Of a stretch of 64,000 bases of DNA, positions 20,622-30,581 are shown piece after piece. The stretch is from the NCBI GenBank assembly GCA_963668675.2, contig CAXXMB010000001.1:1280001-1344000 (forward strand), in the 5' to 3' direction. Position 1 is the stretch's first letter. Every line of letters starts with the position of its first letter. A model generated the notes under the pieces. The model saw nothing but the letters and a program-made list of their open reading frames with translations, did no database searches and had not been told where the DNA came from. The stretch comes from an uncultured Desulfatitalea sp. (lineage in GTDB: Bacteria > Desulfobacterota > Desulfobacteria > Desulfobacterales > Desulfosarcinaceae). The translations under genes were made by a program, and so were the position numbers.

Positions 20622-21143
20622 TTATTTTCCCTGTTGCCGTTTCAAGGCAGCAAGCTTTTTGAATTCATCCACCACTAAAATCCGGTTAAAGTCCAAAATG
20701 GCCATAAGCTGCTCGTCCAACTTGCAAACACCGCTGATATATTGGCTCTTGAGCGCGCTCAACACCATTTCGGGTGGCGGCTGGATGGCACTTTGCGGAA
20801 TTTTGATGACGCGCGTCACCTGGTCGACAATAAAACCGGTGACCCTTTCTCCGACATTTAAGATGATGGTCCACGTTCCCGAACGGCTGTCCTCATCATC
20901 GGGTTTGGACAGATTCAAACGCTTGCGCAGATCGATGATCGGTATGATTTTGCCCCGAAGATTGATGACCCCTTCGATGAAATCCGGCGAATCGGGTATA
21001 CCCGTGACCGGGCTCTCCTTGATGATCTCTTGAACCGTCAGGATATCTACGCCAAAAAGCTCGCCGGCCAGAAAAAAGCCGACCATCTGAATCAAGTCTT
21101 CTGCTTCGGATTGCTGCTGGTCTATGGCAAGGCCCTCATTCAT
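20622..21143 (-). CDS. cheW: CheW adaptor
   Basis: GVDILTVQEII, GVINLRGKIIPIIDL, GFIVDQV. Confidence 0.95.
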   Translation of the reverse strand: MNEGLAIDQQQSEAEDLIQMVGFFLAGELFGVDILTVQEIIKESPVTGIPDSPDFIEGVINLRGKIIPIIDLRKRLNLSKPDDEDSRSGTWTIILNVGERVTGFIVDQVTRVIKIPQSAIQPPPEMVLSALKSQYISGVCKLDEQLMAILDFNRILVVDEFKKLAALKRQQGK

Positions 21144-22402
21144 ACGCACATCTCCTTCATTGACTTTTTATGAGCCGATAGAAAAGCATTGATCGCTCCT
21201 GCCATCTGTTTGTCACTGATCAAGTGGGTCAAGTTGTATTTCGCTTCCGCCTTTTTGGGTGTCTCCTTAAAAAGGCAGCTTCTCGGGTCCTGCACGAAGG
21301 CGGCCCCTCTGTTTTCGATGATATCCCCAAGCCCTTCGATGCCATCCTTGCCGGTCCCGGTAAGGATAACCCCGGCGGTATTTTCATGCATGGTGTCTGC
21401 CGCTGATCGCATCAGCAGGTTGATGGCCTCTTGTTGCGCACCGTCGGGCAGACCGTTCAGTTTAAGGTAGAGGTGATCGGCCTGCCTTGAGACCGAAAAA
21501 AACTCAGTGTCCGCCGAGAGATAGCAATGGCCGCCTTCAAGCACCAGACCATCGCTTGCACGCCGCACGAACAACTGACTGCATTGGTCCAGATATTTCA
21601 CAAATCCGTCGATATGGAGCGGGGCCTGATGCATCACTGCAATATAGGCGGCAGGCATGGACGGGTTGAGACGCGGTATCACATTTAATAGCGTGCCGTA
21701 TCCACCTTCGGCAACGCCAATGATCACCAGGGAATGGCAAGGCATCTGTTCGCCGCTTTCCGCATCCTTATCCTTGGCCGGTCGCCTCAGGTAACGAACG
21801 GATTCGATCTGCACCTCTGATACCAACTTTATCTTTCTTACGATCTCTTCGCGTTGAGACTTCAGGTCAGCCCCTTTCACCTGTGAAGGTTTGGGCAAAA
21901 AATCGATGGCGCCATACTTAAGCGAATCAAACGTCTCCTTCGCCCCCTCTTGGGTCAACGCACTGATCATCACGGTGGGAATGGGATGGTTGATCATGAT
22001 ATGTTTAAGCGTGGTCAATCCGTCCATCACCGGCATGTTGATATCCAAGGTGATCACATCTGGCCTTTCGGCAGCAATCAATTCCAGCGCTTTTTTCCCG
22101 TTTTCGGCCTCTCCACAGACCTGCAAATGGCCGTCGGCCTCTATGATCTCACGCAAAACCTTACGGATCAGCCTGGAGTCATCGACCACCAGAACTTTCA
22201 ACATCCGATCCGACACTTTCTCCTCTGGTCGAGCGCCCTGACCATGAAGCGTCGCTTCAACAGTTTTTCCATTCTGCCTGTTGGTCAAAGAAACCATCAA
22301 TGTCTCATTACATACAGAGCAGGAAAATTTATAGCTGTTCCCCTTTATCCGCGCTTCGTCTATATCGTGCCGCGTGCCGCACTCTTCACAGAACAATATC
22401 AT
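21140..22402 (-). CDS. Zinc-ribbon-REC-degenerate CheB fusion
   Basis: CEEC...CSVC, REC TLDINMP, GVAEGG (nucleophile Ser replaced by Ala), LTGTGKDG. Confidence 0.85.
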   Translation of the reverse strand: MILFCEECGTRHDIDEARIKGNSYKFSCSVCNETLMVSLTNRQNGKTVEATLHGQGARPEEKVSDRMLKVLVVDDSRLIRKVLREIIEADGHLQVCGEAENGKKALELIAAERPDVITLDINMPVMDGLTTLKHIMINHPIPTVMISALTQEGAKETFDSLKYGAIDFLPKPSQVKGADLKSQREEIVRKIKLVSEVQIESVRYLRRPAKDKDAESGEQMPCHSLVIIGVAEGGYGTLLNVIPRLNPSMPAAYIAVMHQAPLHIDGFVKYLDQCSQLFVRRASDGLVLEGGHCYLSADTEFFSVSRQADHLYLKLNGLPDGAQQEAINLLMRSAADTMHENTAGVILTGTGKDGIEGLGDIIENRGAAFVQDPRSCLFKETPKKAEAKYNLTHLISDKQMAGAINAFLSAHKKSMKEMCV

Positions 22403-22430
22403 CTATCTTGCCCCTGTCATTTCCGAAATG

Positions 22431-22766
22431 TCACAGACGCTGAGTGGTCATCAAAAGCCCCTGCTTGACATACTCACCGATGTGCTGTTCCAAATATCGG
22501 TATTTGGGTCCATATTCTTTAACAACCAGATTTCGCCGTTTACGACGGCTATCCAAATGGGTAGCGTTCCGATTTATGAGTCCTTGCTTTTTGCGCGGAT
22601 TTGAGTGGGTGTCGAGCAGGAGATGGGGGGGTGGATGACCGATTATTAAGACACCAGGCGCTGCTTCAACGGCAGTACGCAACGGTTCCGGTAGCCTCTC
22701 CAGGCTTATCGCATGAACCGATGGCTTGTCGATATGAATATCCCGCGTTTCCATTACAAATATCAA
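22431..22766 (-). CDS. Hypothetical protein, first ORF of the che operon
   Basis: Co-oriented ORF ending 28 nt before the next gene; no recognisable motif. Confidence 0.35.
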   Translation of the reverse strand: MIFVMETRDIHIDKPSVHAISLERLPEPLRTAVEAAPGVLIIGHPPPHLLLDTHSNPRKKQGLINRNATHLDSRRKRRNLVVKEYGPKYRYLEQHIGEYVKQGLLMTTQRL

Positions 22767-23245
22767 TATAGCGTCAGCACCAACTATTCAACTCGCCTCT
22801 ACCCCGTCGAAAGATGCCATCTATTGAAGGATGCGATGCCTCTGCCAGATCGTTTCGAAACACTCGTCGTTTATCGTGTTTCGCTTTAGGCTATTTTCGA
22901 TTTGGCAACCCCCACTTTTTACTGCCGGGCACCTACCCTACAATCAATAATTTTCAAAAAAACTAATGATATATAACCGCAAGGCCGCCCTTAAAGTCAA
23001 GACAAAAAACAACAGAACCGCCTCCATCCGCCTATGACAGAGGGGGTGTCAGCGCAGGTCCGATGCATTTCGGAACCACACCATATGCAGTTGGAGTGCC
23101 CCTCCGGATAAATGTAGTCTTTTGGAAAGATTACAGGCCAGTGCAGTTAATACGGGGTGATTGTGTGCAGTGCGGGGATGGTGACATTGTAACGACCGGG
23201 TAATCGTGGGAGTCGGTACAAAGCTCAAACGATTGTAGAGGTCAC

Positions 23246-24340
23246 TTATGGCAGGACATCGAGCCCCTCATCCATTCTACGCAATCCTTCCATGAGCAGC
23301 TCCATGAACATTCCAAGTTCGGGCATAGTCATCTCCTTTTCCGCTAATCCGGGCACAAAATGAAAACGCCCTGCCTTCTCCTCCAGCACGGCAAAGAAGG
23401 CGGATTTACCATTTTTGCGCCCGTAGTTAGCTTGAATGACCGACCCGCCTCGAAACTTAACGCTGGCGGGACCTTTCGACAGATTAAGCCTCAAGGTGCC
23501 TGTCTTTTGATTGTAGTTGAGGGTCTGGAACAACTCCACAGGCGGCATCTGGGCCAACGTGCCGGTCATCCCCGAAGAGAACTCTTTGGATATCATCACG
23601 TTTGATTTAGCCAAACGCCGAGAGAGCAACCTGGCAAAATACATCTGCAGAGAGGGAAAGCGATTGAGGACCTTAAGAAAATCCTGCCCCCTGATAAACA
23701 GTACCGTGGTCGGTTCTATCACCTTGATCGTTGCGCCTACCGGATCGCCGCTGATCAGACTCATCTCTCCGAAAACTTCTCCGTTGCGTAATTTGGTAAT
23801 GCTGATGCCGTCCTCATCCACAACATTCACTAGTCCAGACAGGATAATATAGAGATTCTTCCCCGGCTCCCCTTTTGAAATAATGCGATCGTTGAAGCTG
23901 TATTTTCTAAGTCGCAAGAGAGAAACGAAATCCCTCAGGCTGTTATCATCAAGCGTTCTGAATATTGAAAAATTGCTCAAAAGGCTGGCGATGGTAGCCA
24001 CGTCCGTACTATGTTGTTTAATATCCTCAACCAGGGCGATAGAAGCGCCTTTCTTGTGCTCCAGCCGTATTTCACTGTGGCACTTTCCGCACGAAATAAC
24101 CCGATCGGGAATGCGGTCCACCCTCTCGTGTTCAACAAGGATTTTGGTGAGGGCTGCAATCAGTATCCTGCACTCTCTTCTGTTTGAGGGAAGATCGATA
24201 ATGGCGGTCGAGATGAATTTACTCCCCTTGTTATGCTCCAGCAGCAAGGCATTACCAGAAATTTTGAATTCATCACCCTTTTTGTAGTAGGGGCACCCAA
24301 ACACATCTACAACTTTGAATATGGCTTCGCTGAAACTCAT
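23246..24340 (-). CDS. Cys-rich N-terminus, cNMP-binding domain, DUF4388
   Basis: GCPYY...CRIL...CGKC; LYIILSG...GEVFGEMSL; GMTGTL...ELFQTL...LLMEGLRRMDE. Confidence 0.85.
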   Translation of the reverse strand: MSFSEAIFKVVDVFGCPYYKKGDEFKISGNALLLEHNKGSKFISTAIIDLPSNRRECRILIAALTKILVEHERVDRIPDRVISCGKCHSEIRLEHKKGASIALVEDIKQHSTDVATIASLLSNFSIFRTLDDNSLRDFVSLLRLRKYSFNDRIISKGEPGKNLYIILSGLVNVVDEDGISITKLRNGEVFGEMSLISGDPVGATIKVIEPTTVLFIRGQDFLKVLNRFPSLQMYFARLLSRRLAKSNVMISKEFSSGMTGTLAQMPPVELFQTLNYNQKTGTLRLNLSKGPASVKFRGGSVIQANYGRKNGKSAFFAVLEEKAGRFHFVPGLAEKEMTMPELGMFMELLMEGLRRMDEGLDVLP

Positions 24341-24761
24341 TTTGCCTTCCGAATGCTATTTGGATTTACCTTCTCAGCGTTAAATGGGCCTATCTGGTTA
24401 AAAGCCGTATTAATGCGAGGGCATTACGTTTAATACCAATTTACATCGGTTGATGCAATGCCCTGCTAAAGTGATTTTACAGGATAAGATCAAGAGGGGG
24501 CTATTACAAGGCGTGGCGTGCCACGAAGAGATCCTTGGATTGACGATGGCGGAGAATATCTAGCAAGTAAAAAAGCCTGTGGGTGAATTCCCAGCATTTA
24601 AAAGCGCACCCTTACTTTCACACCCATCCATACTTACTAATCGGCTGAAAATCACACCCACAGGCCAAACTGGTCACACTGAAAGTTCCGTTCCGTTGCA
24701 AGCATTAGCTCAATTAGTGATAATTGTACTTTGTATGGACTTGCGAACTGAATATTTAGAG

Positions 24762-24991
24762 TGCATGATTTATGCCTAAATCAATCCCGGAGATCGACTC
24801 CTGTCATATGGCGTAAAATCAATCTATTCAAAAGGTTATTTATTGCTCAAAAAATGGGTCAAGATGAACCAATGCAGGCAAGTGCGCCATTGTGGCACAC
24901 CCAGGGACTCTTCTTCTATAAAAACCCTTACAGAATAAAACAGATCGCTAAGTGCGCCAATTTGACATGTTGCCACGCCGATTTGTCGCAC
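24762..24991 (-). promoter_or_regulatory. Candidate sigma54 promoter with IHF-like site and enhancer (UAS) repeats
   Basis: Minus-strand AGGCATAAATCATGCA (GG-N10-GC) at 24777-24762; AATCAATCTATTC at 24817-24829; three related imperfect palindromes at about 24882-24900, 24952-24969 and 24975-24991. Confidence 0.55.
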
Positions 24992-26372
24992 CTTTCCAAC
25001 TTCCTCCAACCGCTTTAAGCTTCCGCTGAAGCGTCCTAAGCCCGATGCCCAATAGTTTTGCCGCATGCGTTCGATTTCCTCCGGTCATTTGCAGCGCCTG
25101 TGCGATATGACTCATCTGAACCTCAGCCAGGGTGGGAAACTCCTCCTTTGGATGGGTTTGCAGTCCACCATGGGTGATCAGATCACTGACGGACGACACG
25201 GAGAGTTCACTCCCCTGTTCGACCAAGAGGGCGGAAGAGATGATATTTTCAAGTTCGCGGACATTTCCGGGAAAGCTATACCGTTGAAGCACATCCAACA
25301 TTCCTGGAGACAACCCTTTAATATTTTTTTTATTCTTAGCAGCATGGGTATTTAAAAAATGGTTCGCCAACACGCCGATATCTTTAGGGCGTCTTCGCAA
25401 AGGGGGAATATGGATGTGATATTCATTCAAACGAAAATAGAGATCTCTCCTGAATTGACCGGAGGCCATCGCCTCCCCGATTCGCCGGTTGGATGCGGAC
25501 AGAATTCGCAGATCCACATTGGTAACTTCGGTGCTCCCCAGAGGATAAAACTCTTTCTCTTCAATCACGCGCAACAGCTTGCCCTGCATTACCGTATCCA
25601 ATTCGGTAATCTCGTCGAGAAAAAGCGTACCGTCCCGGGCCGCCTCGAAAAATCCCCTTTTGTTTGCGACAGCACCCGTATACGCCCCACGGATATGCCC
25701 GAAGACGTCATCTTCAAACAGGGTCTGGCTGAATGCAGACATATTGACCGCTACAAAGGGCCCCCTTCTGCGTCCGCTGAGGTTGTGAATAATCTTGGCC
25801 AGCATTCCCTTGCCGACCCCTGTCTCTCCTGTAATCATCACATTGTAGTCGCTTACGGCGCATGTTTCAGCTTGATGGAATACCAGGGCCATCGCTTCGT
25901 CCTTCGCCACCATATCGCTGAAAGCACCCGGGTCCCGGAGATCGTCGAAACTTTGGGGACGTTCAAAAAGTGCCATCCCCTTCTTGAGTTGATAACGTTC
26001 GAGAGCGTGGTCAATGGCAATGGCGGTGCGCTCAAGATTGAGCGGTTTGACCAGGTAGTCGTATGCGCCGTATCGCATCGCCTCTACCGCCATCTCCACT
26101 TCGTCGACGGCGGTCACAATGATGCACTCGGTGTCAGGCGCATTGAGTTTGATCTGTTTGAGGACCTCCATACCCCCCAGGTGGGGCATGATCAAATCCA
26201 ATAAAACCAACTGGAAATGCTGGGTGCCGACAAGTTCTGCCACCTTTCGACTGTCGGATACCAGACCGGGATCCGGCAGCCCGGCACTCAACAATGCGGT
26301 ACGAATAGCGAAGAGCAGGCCCTCATCATCGTCTACGATTAGTATAGGCGAGTTCTCAGGAAGATATTCCAT
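24948..26372 (-). CDS. NtrC/AtoC-family sigma54-dependent response regulator
   Basis: REC LLDLIMP, GETGVGK, GAYTGA, LFLDEI, FPGNVREL, C-terminal Fis-type HTH. Confidence 0.95.
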   Translation of the reverse strand: MEYLPENSPILIVDDDEGLLFAIRTALLSAGLPDPGLVSDSRKVAELVGTQHFQLVLLDLIMPHLGGMEVLKQIKLNAPDTECIIVTAVDEVEMAVEAMRYGAYDYLVKPLNLERTAIAIDHALERYQLKKGMALFERPQSFDDLRDPGAFSDMVAKDEAMALVFHQAETCAVSDYNVMITGETGVGKGMLAKIIHNLSGRRRGPFVAVNMSAFSQTLFEDDVFGHIRGAYTGAVANKRGFFEAARDGTLFLDEITELDTVMQGKLLRVIEEKEFYPLGSTEVTNVDLRILSASNRRIGEAMASGQFRRDLYFRLNEYHIHIPPLRRRPKDIGVLANHFLNTHAAKNKKNIKGLSPGMLDVLQRYSFPGNVRELENIISSALLVEQGSELSVSSVSDLITHGGLQTHPKEEFPTLAEVQMSHIAQALQMTGGNRTHAAKLLGIGLRTLQRKLKAVGGSWKGATNRRGNMSNWRT

Positions 26373-27990
26373 TGAGTTCGTTTCGGACGATATCGATAAA
26401 ATGGTCCATCTCAAGCGGCTTGGTTACAATTTGTCGAAACCCCATCCTCAGGGCCTCCTCAAGATTGGGGTGATCCGGAAATCCCGTCACGATAATGGCC
26501 TTCATCCTTCCCAGCCCCAACTCGTTTTTAATGGCACGACAAACCCCCAAACCATCTATTTCAGGCATGAACATATCCAAAACCAACAGATCCGGTGGAT
26601 CGCTGCCCAAACGGATCAGCGCCTCAGTCCCGTTGGCAAAGCCTTCAACCATGCAGCCGATCTTTTTGGTCAAGGCCTGAATAAGCAGTGCCCTGAAACT
26701 CGCGTCGTCATCCACTACCATGATCCTGCATGGTTTCAGCTTCTTGGATATGGGCAGAGAGACGGTAAATTCAGTTCCCCTGCCCTCCTTGGAGTTAAAG
26801 GTTATCTCTCCGTTGTGCGCTTTGACCAGGTTGTATGTGACCGACAGCCCCAAGCCGGTACCGCCCTCTGACTGTCGATCGGTAACGAACGGATCGAAAA
26901 TTTTATCTGCCACAGCCGGATTGATGCCTCGACCGTTATCTGCGACGACAATAGCGATGGCCCGCTTGTTTTCCTGCAGCTTCGTCTCTATGCGCACACA
27001 CCCCTTATTGTGATGGATACTCTCATGGGCATTGATGATTAGGTTCAAAATGATCTGTTCAAGATTCTGGAGGTTGGCACGGAGCAATGGCAATTCAGGA
27101 GAGAGCGACACCTTCAGATCGGTTTTCGATTTAGAGAGGGTAGACGACGCCAGGCGGGCCGCATTTTCAACAGCGACATTCACTTGGATATCGGACGTAT
27201 CCACCGGGTTGCTTTTGCGTGAAAAGCCTTTCAGCCCTTTGACGATTCTGGCGACGCGGTTGGCAGCCATCTCCATATCGGTAATCAGCCGAAGAATATT
27301 CTGCTTTATGAAATCGAGTGTCAGCCCTCCGAACTTGAGATTTTCCGACGTTCGGGGATGGCTGTCGAGCAGCGGCAGCAGGTCTCTCCACATCTTGTTG
27401 AGAAGCGGCAGGTTAAACAGCATCAGATTTATGGGGTTATTGATTTCATGGGCCACCCCCGCTACCAGAGTGCCCAAGGACTCCATCTTTTGTGCCTGAA
27501 AAAGCTGCTTTTCTATTCTTCGTTGGGCGGACATATCACGACAGATCCCTCCAACCGCCCAGATATGCTTCTCCTTGTAGATGGGATAGAGAATGACCAG
27601 ATGGTATCTGGCCCCTTTGCCTGTCGCGGCTTCATGGGAGAAGGAGACGGCCTGTCCGTCGGTGTATACCTTTTTGACCTTTTCACGATAGAGCATTGTA
27701 GCATCGTGGGGGCAAACATTCGGCAACCTTCGTCCAATCAGCTCAGCCCCTCTGCTCAAACCGAACTGCGAGACGTTGTCGTTGCTGTATAGGTAAGTTC
27801 CCTTCCGATCCAATATAAAAAGATGGTCGCCAGAAAATTGGGCCAGCGCCTTGAACTGGAGGGCATCATTTTGCATATCGGTGTTGGTCTGCTTTAGAGT
27901 CGCCAGCGCCTCTTTTAGTTCATAATTCTGCTGCAAGAGATAGGCGACCTGCGCTTGATCCGCATCGATGCGTTCAGTCGAATCCTTCAT
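26356..27990 (-). CDS. Cytoplasmic PAS hybrid histidine kinase
   Basis: PAS domain, AHEINNP, DNGRG, GTGLGL, C-terminal REC; no TM segment. Confidence 0.92.
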   Translation of the reverse strand: MKDSTERIDADQAQVAYLLQQNYELKEALATLKQTNTDMQNDALQFKALAQFSGDHLFILDRKGTYLYSNDNVSQFGLSRGAELIGRRLPNVCPHDATMLYREKVKKVYTDGQAVSFSHEAATGKGARYHLVILYPIYKEKHIWAVGGICRDMSAQRRIEKQLFQAQKMESLGTLVAGVAHEINNPINLMLFNLPLLNKMWRDLLPLLDSHPRTSENLKFGGLTLDFIKQNILRLITDMEMAANRVARIVKGLKGFSRKSNPVDTSDIQVNVAVENAARLASSTLSKSKTDLKVSLSPELPLLRANLQNLEQIILNLIINAHESIHHNKGCVRIETKLQENKRAIAIVVADNGRGINPAVADKIFDPFVTDRQSEGGTGLGLSVTYNLVKAHNGEITFNSKEGRGTEFTVSLPISKKLKPCRIMVVDDDASFRALLIQALTKKIGCMVEGFANGTEALIRLGSDPPDLLVLDMFMPEIDGLGVCRAIKNELGLGRMKAIIVTGFPDHPNLEEALRMGFRQIVTKPLEMDHFIDIVRNELNGISS

Positions 27991-28118
27991 TCGATGCCAT
28001 GCCTTAACGACCGCTCTTCCATTCCGTACAATACCATCGCTGCCACATATTGAATGTTGAGAATTGAGAACTGCTTTTGTGTTCAGCTATCTATTCATCC
28101 TGCTAATGAGTTGACCTG

Positions 28119-30224
28119 CTACTCAATCGACCTGCTCTCGGTCGAATTTATCAACAGGGTAATGGGCCGGTCCTCTTCGCTTCGGCTATCCAAAGCGATA
28201 GGCCCGGGACGACGATATTGATCCTCTCCAGGCTGCGCTGCCAGCCATTTTTCACGGAAAGCTTCCACCACGAGAAAAGCGGGAGAAGTCACATCCACCA
28301 GGCTCTTTTCCAGCACCAGGGTCAGACGCCCCTTGCGCTCCTCAAGGCGCATCAGCGGTGCAATGGGAACCCCCAGCGGTTCCCAATGGTCGAATCCATG
28401 CTCAAGGTTCCGTATGGCAGCCATTTGTCCCGTCGCCCCGCCTGCGATCAGGCTGAATACGGTGAGTCCCAGATTGTAGCCGTAGTTGCAGTCAAACATG
28501 GTCGGATCGGTCCCTCGGCCGTCGTATCCGTAAAAATGAGACTGGGTTTTAAACTTAGGGACGGATTGGCCGTATATCTTCTCTATCACCTGAGGAAGGT
28601 GCTCATCTGCCCCCATGGCACCGGCCTGCACCAGCTCATTTCTCAAGGTGCGCATGGATATGATGTTCTCCTTGACCATGAGATACTTATCATCGCCATA
28701 GTTTTCGAACAAAATCGGTCCGTAGTAGCCTGGCTCCAGACCAGCTCTTTTCAACGTCTTTTCATAGTATCCCGCTTCAATTCCAATTTTGTATTTTCCC
28801 TGGTCCCGCAAAATTTTCAGATAATCCTTCACCAACTCGAGCAGTACTTTTTCGGTCGGGACCTGGGAGAACTGGAAGTTGCCATGACTGTCCCGCTCAG
28901 TGAGCAACCCCTCCTGAAAAAAAGCGGGCAAATCGTTAAATAGTTCATCATCGCGCGAATTCCAGATATTGGGGGCCAACCCACGAGGAGCATCCCTGAC
29001 CAGATTTCTCAAATAATCCAGCTTTTGATCCAGCAGTGGGAAACTGGCGTGAAAATCACTGTCATGGGTCGTGTTGTATTCGGCGATAATCGTGTTGAGC
29101 TTAATGATGAACACCTCGATTTCATTAATAAACTCCAAAATACCCTCAGGGATGACGACGATACCGTAATTTTTGCCGACGGCCGCCCGCCGCACCACCG
29201 CGTCACAAATCAGGCGAGACAGATGGCGCAACGTCATGCCGTATGCGGTATAATCAACAGCCCCCTCCGATTCGGCTCTCTCCAGCCGCTGGGAATCCAC
29301 ATAATCGGCCAAGTCCTCTCCAATGAGGGTAAGATTGGCGTGAGTCTGCAACGCCACCTCCAGGGCCAGGTGGCTGGCCACTCGCCCCATCACCCGACAT
29401 ACATGCCAATATTTGATGTCCGAGCTGCTGTCGTTGCTCAAGTTACTGATCTCCAGTGCAAAAGCACGCGCCGCGGAGTGAAATCCGAAAGAGACGGCAC
29501 AAAGAACGTTGCTGTCTGCATCGCGGACCTGGATATCGCCGTCGATGGTCTTGGGCACGCCGATCACCTGGACCTTGTCCTTATGCAGCTCTTGGGCCAG
29601 AAAAGCTGCGTTGGTGTTCGAATCATCCCCCCCCACCACCACCAAGGCATCCAACCCCAGCGCTAAAATATTCTCTTTTGCATAGGCCATCTTTTTATCG
29701 GTATCGATCTTCGTGCGACCGGTTTTGATCATTGTGAATCCACCCATGTTGCGATGGGCATTCACAAGATCGTCATTGAGCTCCACATATTCATTTTCGA
29801 TAATGCCATCCGGCCCGACCAGAAAGCCGTAAATATGCGAATCCGAATTGGCTTTCTTTGCAGCATCGTAAAGCCCGGCAATGACATTGTGGCCGCCCGG
29901 GGCAGGGCCTCCCGAAAAGACGATTCCAATATTGCGAGGGCGTTGAAATGACTCGGCAAGTGAAAGATCGGCATCCTCGACGGAGGTGATGGTTTGAACC
30001 CTGTTGCCTATAATATCAGGCAATTGTTTCTTCGCCTCGGGATCGATGTCAAAACGGTATGTATCAACCTCAGAGACTCGAGTCACACTTCCTTCAAATG
30101 CGCTGCAAATTAGAGGCATATAGGCCCTGCGCTCCAATACCGACTCACTGACGGGTGAGGTGATACGTTGGATCTCCGACTTTTTTAACAGTTCACGAAC
30201 ATCAACACGCTTTTGGTCTGACAC
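28119..30224 (-). CDS. pfp: Pyrophosphate-dependent phosphofructokinase (long form)
   Basis: SGGPAPGG, GGDDS and PKTIDGD (PPi-type signature), MGR. Confidence 0.85.
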   Translation of the reverse strand: MSDQKRVDVRELLKKSEIQRITSPVSESVLERRAYMPLICSAFEGSVTRVSEVDTYRFDIDPEAKKQLPDIIGNRVQTITSVEDADLSLAESFQRPRNIGIVFSGGPAPGGHNVIAGLYDAAKKANSDSHIYGFLVGPDGIIENEYVELNDDLVNAHRNMGGFTMIKTGRTKIDTDKKMAYAKENILALGLDALVVVGGDDSNTNAAFLAQELHKDKVQVIGVPKTIDGDIQVRDADSNVLCAVSFGFHSAARAFALEISNLSNDSSSDIKYWHVCRVMGRVASHLALEVALQTHANLTLIGEDLADYVDSQRLERAESEGAVDYTAYGMTLRHLSRLICDAVVRRAAVGKNYGIVVIPEGILEFINEIEVFIIKLNTIIAEYNTTHDSDFHASFPLLDQKLDYLRNLVRDAPRGLAPNIWNSRDDELFNDLPAFFQEGLLTERDSHGNFQFSQVPTEKVLLELVKDYLKILRDQGKYKIGIEAGYYEKTLKRAGLEPGYYGPILFENYGDDKYLMVKENIISMRTLRNELVQAGAMGADEHLPQVIEKIYGQSVPKFKTQSHFYGYDGRGTDPTMFDCNYGYNLGLTVFSLIAGGATGQMAAIRNLEHGFDHWEPLGVPIAPLMRLEERKGRLTLVLEKSLVDVTSPAFLVVEAFREKWLAAQPGEDQYRRPGPIALDSRSEEDRPITLLINSTESRSIE

Positions 30225-30581
30225 GGGGACCTCCCTGAACTAAATGTAACCGATGGATGGATTTGCAAAAAGAGGCGCTGCATGGTCTGCCCTCTCTGAA
30301 GATCTCTTTTTAATACCGGCCCTTGCGCCGGCAAGTCAAGCGAATTACTCTCCCAATCGCTTCTCGTCTATGGCAAAAGGGGTCAACGCACGCCCATCGC
30401 CTAAAGAACAGGCGCACTGTTTCGCCGAAAAGGTCCAAACACCAGATATTGTATATCATATAATATTTTAACACCTTCCCTTGGGCTTTTTGCTTTACAA
30501 CGACACCAGGTCTTGATATTAAAAAGTCGTTAATCAACCAAACCAACCCGTAGTGAAAGCCCCTGACCGGAGGCCGACTCC

